Below are positions 37,546-48,527 of a stretch of DNA of 64,000 bases, piece after piece. The notes under the pieces were generated by a model, which was not told where the DNA came from, searched no databases, and was given only the letters and a program-made list of their open reading frames with translations. Origin of the DNA: Candidatus Sericytochromatia bacterium (GTDB lineage Bacteria; Cyanobacteriota; Sericytochromatia; S15B-MN24; VGJW01). Position numbers and translations under genes: made by a program. The stretch's first letter is position 1, and every line of letters starts with the position of its first letter. The DNA is taken from the NCBI GenBank assembly GCA_035285865.1, contig JAYKHS010000005.1, positions 1 to 64,000 on the forward strand, written 5' to 3'.

Positions 37546-39015
37546 TTAATCGCTCCAGGTTGCCGTGGCAGGACCCCACTGGCCATCCGCCCCCTGGGCC
37601 TGAATGTAGGCCAGTTGGCGCGGACCCCGACCGGTGGCGACGAGGCTGCCTTCCGAAAGGATCTGCCCGGTGCCGGGGGTACCCTTCTGACCGCGGAAGA
37701 TCTCGATGCGTCGCGCGCCGGGTGCACTGACGCGGCCCCCGTCGACAACGACTTCGGGGCCGTTGATGGCTGCCGGCCGATCCGCCAGTTGCAGCAGGAG
37801 GCGTGCCCCGGGTTCGTTCTCGCGCCAGAATCGGGCAACCTCGCGATACGGCGGGTCGAAGCCATCGCCCCAGCTGCCGATCTCGGTCGTGTAGGACAGG
37901 ATGCCACGCGCACCGAAAGCCCAATCCGTCAGGTCTCCGCTGGTCCGGTACAGGTCCTTGGACTGCTGGGGCTTGTAGCCGCTGAGCTTGCCCAGCTTCT
38001 GGCCGACGGCGATCATTTCCTTGCTTGGGGGAGCTTCGTCGGTGTAGCCCCAAGGCCACAGAATCAGGTTGCTGAAGCTGTGGTAGGTCATCAGGAACGT
38101 GAATGGCCGAGAAGAGGCCAGCTTCATGACGGCTTGCGTCTCAGGTTCGCTGCCGGGCCCGGCGCCCCGGAAGGTGGGATCCTGAGGACGCGTGGAGGCG
38201 CCACCTTCACCCCAGTGGTGGGCGTAGTTCCGGTTCAAGTCGACGCCGGCACCATAGGGCCCCACGTCGAAGAACAGGTTCGTCGCGTTGGTGTTCTTGC
38301 GCCAGTCGTTGCCCAGGGCCGCCAGGGCGTGACCATCCGGATTGACCATGGGCACGATCCAGATGTCCAGGTTCTGGACTGCCGCTGTCATGGCCGGATC
38401 CTTGCCCTCCTGGTCCACGATCATGTGCGCGACGTTCAGGGAGATTTCGGGGGTGACGATTTCGCGGGCATGGTGGTTGCCCAAGTAGATGACACCGGGC
38501 TTGGCCGAGGCGTCGCCGCGCGAGACATGGAGGCCCCATATCCGGCGGTTGGCCTTGCCCTTGGTGGTCTCCCACGTCGGGCCAAGGTCGACGAGCTTGC
38601 AGATGTCGGGGCGAGATGCGGCCATCTTCCCGAGGTCCTCGAGCATGGTGTCGTAGGTGTGGTAGCCGGCGCCGAAGCTGTTATAGATTTGGGGACCGGT
38701 CTCGACTTGCACGGCGTCCGGGCGACGCCGCAGTTCGGTCAGCTGTGCCGGGGAGACCTGGCCGTAGGCGATGCCCCGCGCGCTGTCCACTCCCCAGACG
38801 TCCATGCCGGCGTCCACGAGGCGCGTCAGGTCGGCAGCGTTCTGATAACGATAGGAGACGATGGCCTCACGGCTGCCCGTGGAAAAGGCCTTCTCCAGAA
38901 CCTGAACGCCCCGTCCGCCCAGCGATGGGCCGCTGGCTCCGCCGAGGGCGCAACCAGCCAGAGTGGCTGCCACGCCCAAGGTTGCTGCGAGGCGCGTGAA
39001 CTTGTTCTGTCTCAA
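37546..39015 (-). CDS. M14 zinc carboxypeptidase (carboxypeptidase T-like) lipoprotein
   Basis: LAGC lipobox, HHARE, VNPDG, WRKN, GVDLNRNY, YHSF, YTTEIG; TTG start behind GGAG. Confidence 0.92.
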   Translation of the reverse strand: MRQNKFTRLAATLGVAATLAGCALGGASGPSLGGRGVQVLEKAFSTGSREAIVSYRYQNAADLTRLVDAGMDVWGVDSARGIAYGQVSPAQLTELRRRPDAVQVETGPQIYNSFGAGYHTYDTMLEDLGKMAASRPDICKLVDLGPTWETTKGKANRRIWGLHVSRGDASAKPGVIYLGNHHAREIVTPEISLNVAHMIVDQEGKDPAMTAAVQNLDIWIVPMVNPDGHALAALGNDWRKNTNATNLFFDVGPYGAGVDLNRNYAHHWGEGGASTRPQDPTFRGAGPGSEPETQAVMKLASSRPFTFLMTYHSFSNLILWPWGYTDEAPPSKEMIAVGQKLGKLSGYKPQQSKDLYRTSGDLTDWAFGARGILSYTTEIGSWGDGFDPPYREVARFWRENEPGARLLLQLADRPAAINGPEVVVDGGRVSAPGARRIEIFRGQKGTPGTGQILSEGSLVATGRGPRQLAYIQAQGADGQWGPATATWSD

Positions 39016-39170
39016 GTCGAATCTCCGGATTGAACGGTTCTCCAAGATTAATCCCGAGATTGGTATTTGTAAATAGCCTGTTAAATTGGGTGCTCCGGAA
39101 TCCCATGCCCGGGCTATGGGTAGAATGGCGTGGATCCCCGTACTGCCGCGCCGGAGCCCGCGACCCGCCC

Positions 39171-40156
<986 letters not shown>

Positions 40157-40160
<4 letters not shown>

Positions 40161-41065
40161 CGCCCCGCGTCGAGGAAGGTTTGGCGCTGGCCCGCCGGAT
40201 CCGCAAGCTCAGCATCCGGACGGCTCGGCTCGTGCGGTCCCGTTATGGTGGTGCTTGGCACAGCGTCTTCAAGGGCCAGGGCATGACCTTCGACGAGGTG
40301 CGCGAGTATCAGGAGGGTGACGATCCCCGGCAAATCGACTGGAATGTCACGGCGCGCATGGATCGCCTGTACGTCAAGCGTTTCGTCGAGGAGCGCGAGC
40401 GGGCCGTGATTCTCATGGTCGATGTGTCCGCCAGCCTGGATTTCGGCTCCACGCCTGCTGGCACCAAGCGAGACCTTGCGGCACGGTTCGCGATGGCCAT
40501 CGCCCTTTCGGCCTCGGCCAGCCACGACAGGGTCGGTCTGCTGCTGTTCGCGGAGGATGTCGAGGCCTGGGTGCCGCCGCGTCGCGGCAGGGAGCACGCG
40601 ATGCGGGTGGTGCGGGTCCTGCTGGGGTGTCGACCCGTCACGCGGGGAACGGATCTCGCCGCTGCCATGCGCAGCCTCGGCCATGTCCTGCGCCAGCGCG
40701 CGACCATCTTCCTCGTTTCGGACTTCCTCAATCTGGACCTGGAGGCTGTCCGGCATCTCGGCCTGCGCCACGATCTCGTTGCCGTGAGCTTGTCCGACCC
40801 TGCAGAGTCCGAGTTGCCGCGCTCAGGTCCCGTGCGGGTGCGGGATCCCGAGACGGGTGATGCCCGTATCCTCGATCCCCGCAAGGCTGAGGTGCGCAAG
40901 CGCTACGCGGCTGCTGCGGCTGCGCGACGCATCCGACTCGAACAGGCCATCGCGCGTCTGCGGGTCGATGCCATCGACCTGAGTACCCAGGAGTCCGTGG
41001 TGCGTCCCCTGATGCGATTTTTCAGCCGGCGGGCAGGGCGCCGGATCCGGCGGAGGGGGGCATGA
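40157..41065 (+). CDS. DUF58 (vWA-like) protein
   Basis: FDEVREYQEGDD.RQIDWNVTAR, DVSASL, LVSDF. Confidence 0.93.
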
Positions 41066-42771
41066 TTCCGGAGCCTCTCCCGCCTCCTCCTTGCGGATGC
41101 CTGGTGGCCAGCAGTCTGCTGCCCTCATTGGCAACTTCCTCCTTTCAGCCGGCAGCCCCCACGCTGCAGCCCTTCGGCAGTGCGCGCCCCGGCCTCTCAG
41201 CCCTGCTCGAGGATCCGCACGCGCCTCCAGCCCGCCAGCGCGAGCCAATCGTGGCCCCGACCTGGACCGTGGCCTCGGATTCGGCCGAACTTCAGTTCGA
41301 GGGGGGGCAGATCCTGAAGGTGACGGCTGCGGAGGTCGTTTCGGACGAGGCGGCCGGGCAAATTGCAGCAAAGGGCCGCGTGCGGGCGGAGGCAGGTCCC
41401 TATGTCCTTGAGGCCGAAGCCCTCGAGGTCGCGACCGAGACCGGCGCAGGTCGCGCCACCGGGCATGTGCGTTTTTACGTCCGGGGTTATGTGTTGCTTG
41501 CGGATGAGGTGGCGTTCGACGTGCCGCATGAACGAGTCCGCATCATCGGTTGGCGAGGGCGCCTGCAGGACCGGCTTGCGCTCGAGGGCCGCGAACTGCA
41601 GCTTTCGCCGGATCGGGTGGATGGCTACGGGACTCGATTCACTCCGTGTCTGGCCGACAAGCCCAGCTACTTTGCCTCTGCGGAACATCTATCGTGGTTC
41701 CCGCGTTCGCGCGAACAGAACGTGGCCCTCGAGGGTCTCGGTCTTTGGCTGTCCGGGTTTCAGGTCTTCCACTGGCCATCCCTCCGCGCGAACTGGGAGG
41801 AAAAGCCGGCCGAGGTGCGCAAGAAGAATGAAGACGGAGCCGTGGACACCCAGATAGGCTTCAATGCCTTCGAGGGTGCCTTTGCCTCCGGCCGCGCCGA
41901 CTTCCGGCCTTCTGAACGCTATGCATTCTCGGTCCTGCCTCGCCTGACGCAGGGGCGAGGCCTCTATGTCGGGACCCTCCAGCGCTACGACTGGCAGGGG
42001 GGGCACATGACCGGGGACGTCAGCTATCAGACGGCATTCTCGGGCGGTACATCCGGTCTGCGCGGCAACGGAACAGCGTACATGGGCCTGGGCAGCCTGG
42101 GGGCTCTCGCGATGGGCATGGGCTTTCGATCCGATCTGGCGGGGCAGGCCGTCGATCGTCTGCCGGAGGTCACGTGGCAGATGCCGGACCAACCCATCGG
42201 TCCGTTCTTCCTGGGGGCGTCGGCGCGCTGGGGCATCTTTCGGGAGCGCCTGTCCGTGCTGGATCAGGAGATTGTCCGCGCCGAAGCACGGACCAGTCAG
42301 ATCCAGGGGGTGCTGCGGGCACCGAGGCTCTCGTGGGCCGAGGGGTGGGCCGTCCAGCCCGGACTCGTTCTTCAGGCCACCCGTTACGATACCTACCTGC
42401 CCGGGCCCGCGGACTTGCGCGACGTCCGCCTCGGTGCCCTTACACTGCAGTCGGAACAACGCTGGACCCCCTCGCTCAGGACCGGCATTTCTCTGGATGT
42501 CCGGGATGCCGCAGGTCAGTCCCCGTTCTTCTTCGATCAGGTGAACGGCAACAGCCAGGTGGTCGTGAGCACACGTTACGATCTCGCGTCCGAGTGGTTC
42601 CTCGGAGGATACGTCACCGGAACGCGCCTGCCCGCCGTGCCCGATCGGGCCCTGATCCTCACGGACGCCGGCATCAGTCTGAACTTCGAGGGGCCCTGCC
42701 TTGCCTGGACGTTGGGCCTGAGACCGCTGACACTGGGCGTGGATCTCAACTATCGTTGGGCACTTCAGTGA
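41062..42771 (+). CDS. LptD/OstA-like outer-membrane protein
   Basis: Jellyroll-like N-terminus (A.G.V repeats), FTPC motif, alternating aromatic beta-strands; signal peptide and start unclear. Confidence 0.6.
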   Translation: MIPEPLPPPPCGCLVASSLLPSLATSSFQPAAPTLQPFGSARPGLSALLEDPHAPPARQREPIVAPTWTVASDSAELQFEGGQILKVTAAEVVSDEAAGQIAAKGRVRAEAGPYVLEAEALEVATETGAGRATGHVRFYVRGYVLLADEVAFDVPHERVRIIGWRGRLQDRLALEGRELQLSPDRVDGYGTRFTPCLADKPSYFASAEHLSWFPRSREQNVALEGLGLWLSGFQVFHWPSLRANWEEKPAEVRKKNEDGAVDTQIGFNAFEGAFASGRADFRPSERYAFSVLPRLTQGRGLYVGTLQRYDWQGGHMTGDVSYQTAFSGGTSGLRGNGTAYMGLGSLGALAMGMGFRSDLAGQAVDRLPEVTWQMPDQPIGPFFLGASARWGIFRERLSVLDQEIVRAEARTSQIQGVLRAPRLSWAEGWAVQPGLVLQATRYDTYLPGPADLRDVRLGALTLQSEQRWTPSLRTGISLDVRDAAGQSPFFFDQVNGNSQVVVSTRYDLASEWFLGGYVTGTRLPAVPDRALILTDAGISLNFEGPCLAWTLGLRPLTLGVDLNYRWALQ

Positions 42772-42816
42772 GCGCTGGCGCGGGAGAGCCGCCGCTTCGC
42801 GGGGTATGACAACAGC

Positions 42817-44214
42817 ATGGCCCTGATCAAGGGGAACAAGGTCAACCCCCGGGGTACGGTGGTCCTTCAGGGGGATCAGTTGCTGCCTGACGAGGCGGCC
42901 GATGAGTCCGGTTCCGTCCCAGCCCCACCCGCCACGCGAGGTTCCGCTCCGGTACCTGTCGCCGACCCTGCGGCGCCGTCTTCGGCGACTGCCCGTGAAC
43001 CTTCGGCTGTTCCGTACGTCGGACCGGAATCGGACACGGCAGACGACGCCCTTGTGGTCGAGACACCGGAAGAGCCCGCCGTTCCTCGGTACCCGGTGGA
43101 GCCGGACGCGACCGGACAGGGCGAGGCCGCCGAGAAGTCTGCTGCCGTGAAGGTCGGACTCGAGGCTGCCGTGGAGCGGCTCGAGGCCTGGGATGTCGCG
43201 CGCGATGCGTTGCGGGAGGAGGCCACGGCCCTCGCGGCTTCCTCGGAAGCGGACGCTCTGGCAGACATCGATCCTTCGGGCCTGTTCCGCGAGCGCCATG
43301 CCGAGCTGGCCTCGCACCTCGAGGAGGTCGTGGCCGCGCAGGCCATCGAGAGTGCGCTGGAGGCCGCGACGCCCGGTCTCGAGGCACTGGTCGAGTCCGA
43401 GGTGAGGGCGGCCCACGCTCGAGCCCGGGATATGGCCCGCTGGCGCACGATGGGCGAGGCTGAAGAGCAGATTGCGGCCCTGCTGGAGAATTACAGTTGG
43501 CCGGAGGAGCACGCCAAGGCCCTGCTCGGAGAGCGTGAGCAGGTTCTGGCTGCGGCTCGCCTCGAGGCCGAACGGATCCTGATGCACGCGCGCGCGGATG
43601 CCGAGGCCCTTATCGTCGAGGCGAGGACCTCGGCCATGCAGGACATGGCCACGCTCGAGTCCCAGCGTCAGGCACTCTTCGAAGAAACGCGCCAGCGCGC
43701 CTATGCCGAAGGCTATACCGAGGGTCGCGCGCAGGCTGACGAGGAGGGGGCACGGCTCCTCGAGGAGGCGACGGACAGCCTGAATCGCATTCGTCTGGCG
43801 TTGCCGCGTGCCGTCCGCGAGAGCCAGGACCAGTTGTTGCAATTGGCACTCGAGGTGGCCGAGCGTCTGGTCCATGCCGAGATTGCCGTCCGACCCGAGA
43901 TCGTATTGGACACGCTCGATGCCGCGCTGGCCCGCGTCACGGACATGGAGTCCGTCATCCTCCGGGTTCATCCCGAGGACCTGCCCACGGTGCAAGGGAA
44001 GGAGGAGCAGATCCGGGACCTGCTGGCCCAGGTCAAGAAGCTCGAGTTCCAGTCCTCCGTCAAGATCGCTCGGGGCGGAGTCTTCATCGAGACCGGGTCC
44101 GGCACCGTCGATGCGACCATCCGGACACAGATTTCGGTGCTCTCCGAAGTCTTCCGCAACACGCAGGCCGAGTTGTCCGAGATGATTGCGCCCGACCCTG
44201 AGGCTGGCTCGTGA
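42817..44214 (+). CDS. fliH: FliH/SctL-family export stator with a long N-terminal extension
   Basis: AYAEGYTEG, LRVHPEDL, GGVFIETGSGTVDATI; overlaps the fliI start. Confidence 0.85.
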   Translation: MALIKGNKVNPRGTVVLQGDQLLPDEAADESGSVPAPPATRGSAPVPVADPAAPSSATAREPSAVPYVGPESDTADDALVVETPEEPAVPRYPVEPDATGQGEAAEKSAAVKVGLEAAVERLEAWDVARDALREEATALAASSEADALADIDPSGLFRERHAELASHLEEVVAAQAIESALEAATPGLEALVESEVRAAHARARDMARWRTMGEAEEQIAALLENYSWPEEHAKALLGEREQVLAAARLEAERILMHARADAEALIVEARTSAMQDMATLESQRQALFEETRQRAYAEGYTEGRAQADEEGARLLEEATDSLNRIRLALPRAVRESQDQLLQLALEVAERLVHAEIAVRPEIVLDTLDAALARVTDMESVILRVHPEDLPTVQGKEEQIRDLLAQVKKLEFQSSVKIARGGVFIETGSGTVDATIRTQISVLSEVFRNTQAELSEMIAPDPEAGS

Positions 44215-45548
44215 CGCTGCCGATCGAGCCCTTCGCCCTGGCGCTCCGGGATACCGAGGCCATTAGGGCACGCGGCCAGGTCACCCAGCTCGTGGGGTTG
44301 GTTATCGAGGCCCTGCTGCAGGGTGTCCGGATGGGTGAGCTCTGCCTGATCTATGCTCAGGATCGCAAGACGGTCTTTCCATGTGAGGTCGTCGGCTTCA
44401 AGCCTCGTCGCGTCATGCTGATGCCGCTTTCCGAGGTCGAGGGCATCGGTGCCGGTTGCGAGGTGGTGGCCACGGGACGGATGGTCAGCGTCAAGGTGGG
44501 GCCGAAGTTGCTCGGCCGGGTCCTCGATGGGTTGGGCAATCCCATCGATGGCAAGGGGCCGCTCATCTATGAGACGACCTATCCACAGATGAACCAGCCG
44601 CCGAACTCGATGCGCCGCAAGCTCATCGACACCGTTCTCCCCACGGGCGTCAGGGTCATGGACGGGTTCCTGACCATGGGAGAAGGCCAGCGCATCGGGA
44701 TCTTTGCCGGTTCGGGCGTCGGCAAGAGTACCTTGCTGGGTCAGATCGCACGACAGACCGAAGCCGACCTGTCGGTGCTCTGCCTGGTCGGTGAGCGCGG
44801 CCGCGAGGTGCGTGAGTTCCTCGAATACTCCCTGGGTGAGGATGGTCTCGCGCGTTCCGTTGTGGTCGTGGCGACCTCGGACACGTCCAGCCTGATGCGC
44901 TTCAAGGCGCCTCTGGTTGCGACATCCATCGCCGAGTACTTCCGCGACCAGGGCAGCAAGGTCTTCATGATGATGGACTCGATGACCCGCTTTGCGATGG
45001 CGATGCGCGAGATCGGACTTGCCATCGGTGAGCCACCGGCACAAAAGGGCTACACGCCGTCCGTCTTCGCACTGATTCCCAAGCTGCTCGAGCGCGCGGG
45101 GACCAGCGACAAGGGCTCCATCACCGCCATCTACACGGTGCTGGTCGACGGGGGCGACATGGACGAACCCATCGCGGACTGTGTTCGGGGCGTGCTGGAC
45201 GGCCACATCGTCATGCTGCGCAACATCGCGGCCCAAGGCATTTTCCCGGCCGTGGACGTTCTGCAAAGTGTCTCGCGACTGCTCGACGTGCTCGCGACCA
45301 AGGAGCACAAGGCTGCGAGGCAGGCGGTCTTCCAGATGATTGCCGACTTCAAGGAGGTGCAGGACCTGCTGAACGTCGGTGCCTACGTGCGTGGTTCCAA
45401 CCCTGCCTATGACCGGGCCATCTCGATGTGGGACCAGATCAAGGGCTTCCTCAAGCAGGATATCCGGGACAACACGCCTTTCGACGAGACGGTTCGGCTG
45501 ATTCGGATGCTGGGTTCGAACACCTCGGCTGCCTCGATGTTTAACTGA
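44211..45548 (+). CDS. fliI: FliI/SctN-family export ATPase
   Basis: GIFAGSGVGKS, GERGREV, DSMTRFAMA.REIGL, GEPP..KGYTPS, LDGHI. Confidence 0.95.
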   Translation: MTLPIEPFALALRDTEAIRARGQVTQLVGLVIEALLQGVRMGELCLIYAQDRKTVFPCEVVGFKPRRVMLMPLSEVEGIGAGCEVVATGRMVSVKVGPKLLGRVLDGLGNPIDGKGPLIYETTYPQMNQPPNSMRRKLIDTVLPTGVRVMDGFLTMGEGQRIGIFAGSGVGKSTLLGQIARQTEADLSVLCLVGERGREVREFLEYSLGEDGLARSVVVVATSDTSSLMRFKAPLVATSIAEYFRDQGSKVFMMMDSMTRFAMAMREIGLAIGEPPAQKGYTPSVFALIPKLLERAGTSDKGSITAIYTVLVDGGDMDEPIADCVRGVLDGHIVMLRNIAAQGIFPAVDVLQSVSRLLDVLATKEHKAARQAVFQMIADFKEVQDLLNVGAYVRGSNPAYDRAISMWDQIKGFLKQDIRDNTPFDETVRLIRMLGSNTSAASMFN

Positions 45549-45774
45549 CGCCTCCAGGCTGGTAGATCCCGAAGAAGCCCGTTCTGCCTGTGTTCGGGGC
45601 GCTTCACCCAATCCGGATCGCTTCTGGTGGATTGTTAAGCGCGTGTTTGGACTGTTAAGTCTCCGGCAATTCTCCGTCAACTTGCCGTCAGGGGGCTTTT
45701 CATGGAGTGTTTGCTGTCCTATGCTTGCAGCGTAAAGGTTGAGTTAACTCTTCCTATGGAGAAAGGTTAAAGCA

Positions 45775-47127
45775 ATGATTCGTTTTGCGAAGGCGACGAC
45801 GGCGGCGGCCCTTGCGACCAGTCTGGTGGGTTGTGGCACGAGCATGGGTCTGATGGGTGCCAACGGTGGCGTCCTCGGCGCCAAGGCCCGCAACCAGGCC
45901 GAGTGGACGTTCATGCTGCACCTGGGTGCGGCGAACAACCTCGAGCCCTTCGCCGGCATCAACCTGAACGAGATCGAAGCCGCCATCGACGACAAGAACG
46001 TCAACTTCATCGTCCTGTTCGACGGCCAGAAGAAGGGCGACTCCAAGATCTACCGGATGGTTCGCGACGCCAACGGTAACAACAAGACCTTGGTCTCGAG
46101 CGTAGTCGACGACAAGGGTGCCGTCATTCCGAGCGACACCAAGGAAATCGATTCCGGCGACGTCAAGACGGCTTCGAGGTTCACCCAGTGGGCCATCCAG
46201 AACTTCCCCGCCAAGAAGTATGGCTACCTGATGTGGGACCACGGCTCGGGCATCTTCACCCCGCAAGGTCAGCGCGTGAACCTCGGCCCCAGCGTCGATC
46301 GCTCGGCCGTCAAGCGTGCACTCGCCGGCAACGGCATGTCGGCCAACGGCATCTGCTGGGATGACGAGACCGGCAACCACATGACGACCGCCCAGTTCGG
46401 CGACGTCGTCGCCGCCGGTGCCCAGGCTGCCGGCAAGCCCCTCGACTTGGTCGGCTTCGATGCCTGCCTGATGGCGCACGTCGAGCTGGTCTACCAGATG
46501 AAGGGCAACGGCCTGAACATGGTCGCTTCCGAAGAGCTCGAGCCGGGCCTCGGTTGGGACTACATGGGCTGGATGAAGCGCCTCACCGCCAACCCCGCCG
46601 CTGATGGCGCCCTCGCTTCCAAGTACCTCGTCCAAGCCTACGGCGAGTCCTACAAGCCCGGTGGCAACCACGCCAAGGATGGTCGCGAGCAGGAGATCAC
46701 CCTGTCCGCCGCCAACTATGCGGCACTCAAGAACAATCTGGTTCCTGCGCTGAACAACCTCGCCAGCGAGATGGTCGCCGCGATGGGTTCCGAGAAGGCC
46801 GCCTTCCAGGCCGCTCGCAAGGCTACCCAGGAGTTCTACAACAGCGACTGCGGTGATGTCGGCAGTTTCCTCGGCCAGCTGGGTGCCAACACCCGGAGTG
46901 CTCGCGTCAAGCAGGCTGTCGCCAGCACCCAGCAGGCGCTCGCCAGCACCGTGATCGCCGAGGTGCACAACGGCAAGTGGACCACCGAGGGTACCGCCGG
47001 TGCCACCGGCCTGGTCATCTTCTTCCCCGAGACGAAGTACCAGTGGAAGGAAGCCTACAACAACCCTGCCCAGATCGCTTTCGCGGCCGAAGGCTGGCGG
47101 AACTTCCTCGTCAACTTCATCAAGTAG
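45775..47127 (+). CDS. Clostripain-family (C11) cysteine peptidase lipoprotein
   Basis: LVGC lipobox, EWTFML, WDHGSG (His), GFDACLM (Cys), ASEELEPG.GW. Confidence 0.92.
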   Translation: MIRFAKATTAAALATSLVGCGTSMGLMGANGGVLGAKARNQAEWTFMLHLGAANNLEPFAGINLNEIEAAIDDKNVNFIVLFDGQKKGDSKIYRMVRDANGNNKTLVSSVVDDKGAVIPSDTKEIDSGDVKTASRFTQWAIQNFPAKKYGYLMWDHGSGIFTPQGQRVNLGPSVDRSAVKRALAGNGMSANGICWDDETGNHMTTAQFGDVVAAGAQAAGKPLDLVGFDACLMAHVELVYQMKGNGLNMVASEELEPGLGWDYMGWMKRLTANPAADGALASKYLVQAYGESYKPGGNHAKDGREQEITLSAANYAALKNNLVPALNNLASEMVAAMGSEKAAFQAARKATQEFYNSDCGDVGSFLGQLGANTRSARVKQAVASTQQALASTVIAEVHNGKWTTEGTAGATGLVIFFPETKYQWKEAYNNPAQIAFAAEGWRNFLVNFIK

Positions 47128-47144
47128 GCGACGGCGGGTTCCCC

Positions 47145-47172
47145 GAGGGGCGGTGCGCAAGCGCCGCCCCTC
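47145..47172 (+). terminator. GC-rich hairpin after the clostripain gene
   Basis: gaggggcggtgc-GCAA-gcgccgcccctc. Confidence 0.6.
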
Positions 47173-47269
47173 TTGGCGCGCCTCGGGACCATCCGAGGGC
47201 CCCGGTTCCCGAGGGCGAGGCCTGCGATGCGCAGGCCTGAGTGGCGCCTGGGAAAGCGTGCGTGTTCCG

Positions 47270-48502
47270 TCAGGGATCCATCGGGTCCAGGACCTTGCGG
47301 ACCTGGGCAGCGATGACACTCTTCTGGACTTCTACGGCGGACAGGCGTTGCTTCGGGGTCGCATCGGCAAGGCTGGGGTGGTCCAGTGCCGCATTGCGGC
47401 TTTCGCGTTCGGCGACCATCTGCGCCAATTTGTCGACGACCTCGGGGTTGGCGCGGACCACGGTGCGGAAAGCCGGCTTGTCGACTTCCAGCAACTCGGC
47501 CCCGCTGCCCGGGGCAATCACGGCAGTAGCCCCACGGGGTTCCCCTTTGAGCAGGGGAATCTCGCCGAAGGCCTCGCCAGGGCCGAGCCTCGCGACAGGT
47601 TCCGAGTCCTCGGGCGAGCCGAGGTAAATGTCGATGTGACCCTTGGTCACGACGAACATGGCGTCGCCGGGTTCACCCTTCCGGAAGAGAACCTCTCCGG
47701 CCTCTGCCCGACGCGAACTCGTGTGCGCTGCGAGCAGACCGAGGCTGACGTCGTCCATCGGTTCCAGCAGTGGAACATGGTGCAGTACGTCGTCCACCTT
47801 CTGGACTTGCCGCAGGTCATAGAGACGATCTCTGGTCGCCTTCTGGATCTTGTCGGGCGTCTCGCGATCGGCGAGCACCACTCCGAACCAGCGCTCTGCT
47901 TGCTCGAATCGACCGAGGCGAAGGCCCAGTTCTCCAATCATGAACGGAATGGCGGCCTCGTCATCGTCCTCGTCACCACCTTGGCCGGGTTTGGCGCCAC
48001 CTTGGCTGAAGGCCAGTTCGAGCAACTCGCTGGCTCGCGCCAAGTGAGCCAGCTCGCGGCCCAGGTTGCCCGTCATCCGGCAGATCCAGCCCGCACGAAG
48101 TGCCATCGAGGCAAGCACTTTGGGCTGCGCCTTCCGTGCTTCGTAGGTGACTGCCGCGAGTTTGAAGGCAACCAGCGCAGCGAAAGGCGAACGGTCGGGC
48201 TGTCGAAAGTCCACCGTGCGCACCAGGCCGGAGTCCTTCAGGGCTTTGGCAACGGCATCGTGATGCCGATCCTCGAGGCTGGCGAAGTCCTTCTTGAGGG
48301 CGGCATAGCCACATCCCGGACAGACCCAGATTTGGTAATAAAGCGGATTAACCCCGGAGTAATGAGGGCAGTTGTCCGAATCGCGACGGACCAGCGAGTA
48401 GGTGCCGCTGCGGGGGGTGTGCAGCTTGAAGACCTGCAGGCATACAGGGCAGGAGACATCCCGTTGGGTCAGGGCTCCGAGCGAGCGTGTGGGTGTCGGC
48501 AT
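47270..48502 (-). CDS. DUF2225 zinc-ribbon/TPR protein fused to a C-terminal cNMP-binding domain
   Basis: CPVC...NPLYY.IWVCPGCGYA, LRAGWICR; LFRKGEPGD, FGEIPLL..EPRGATA. Confidence 0.85.
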   Translation of the reverse strand: MPTPTRSLGALTQRDVSCPVCLQVFKLHTPRSGTYSLVRRDSDNCPHYSGVNPLYYQIWVCPGCGYAALKKDFASLEDRHHDAVAKALKDSGLVRTVDFRQPDRSPFAALVAFKLAAVTYEARKAQPKVLASMALRAGWICRMTGNLGRELAHLARASELLELAFSQGGAKPGQGGDEDDDEAAIPFMIGELGLRLGRFEQAERWFGVVLADRETPDKIQKATRDRLYDLRQVQKVDDVLHHVPLLEPMDDVSLGLLAAHTSSRRAEAGEVLFRKGEPGDAMFVVTKGHIDIYLGSPEDSEPVARLGPGEAFGEIPLLKGEPRGATAVIAPGSGAELLEVDKPAFRTVVRANPEVVDKLAQMVAERESRNAALDHPSLADATPKQRLSAVEVQKSVIAAQVRKVLDPMDP

Positions 48503-48527
48503 GCGTCTGGTCCTTACCTACCCGAGA

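Noticed and set aside
37380..37561. 6S RNA or SRP RNA call
   Set aside because: Only scattered short motif resemblances (ACCCAC, GGAAGCAG); I could not build the canonical central bubble or SRP helix 8
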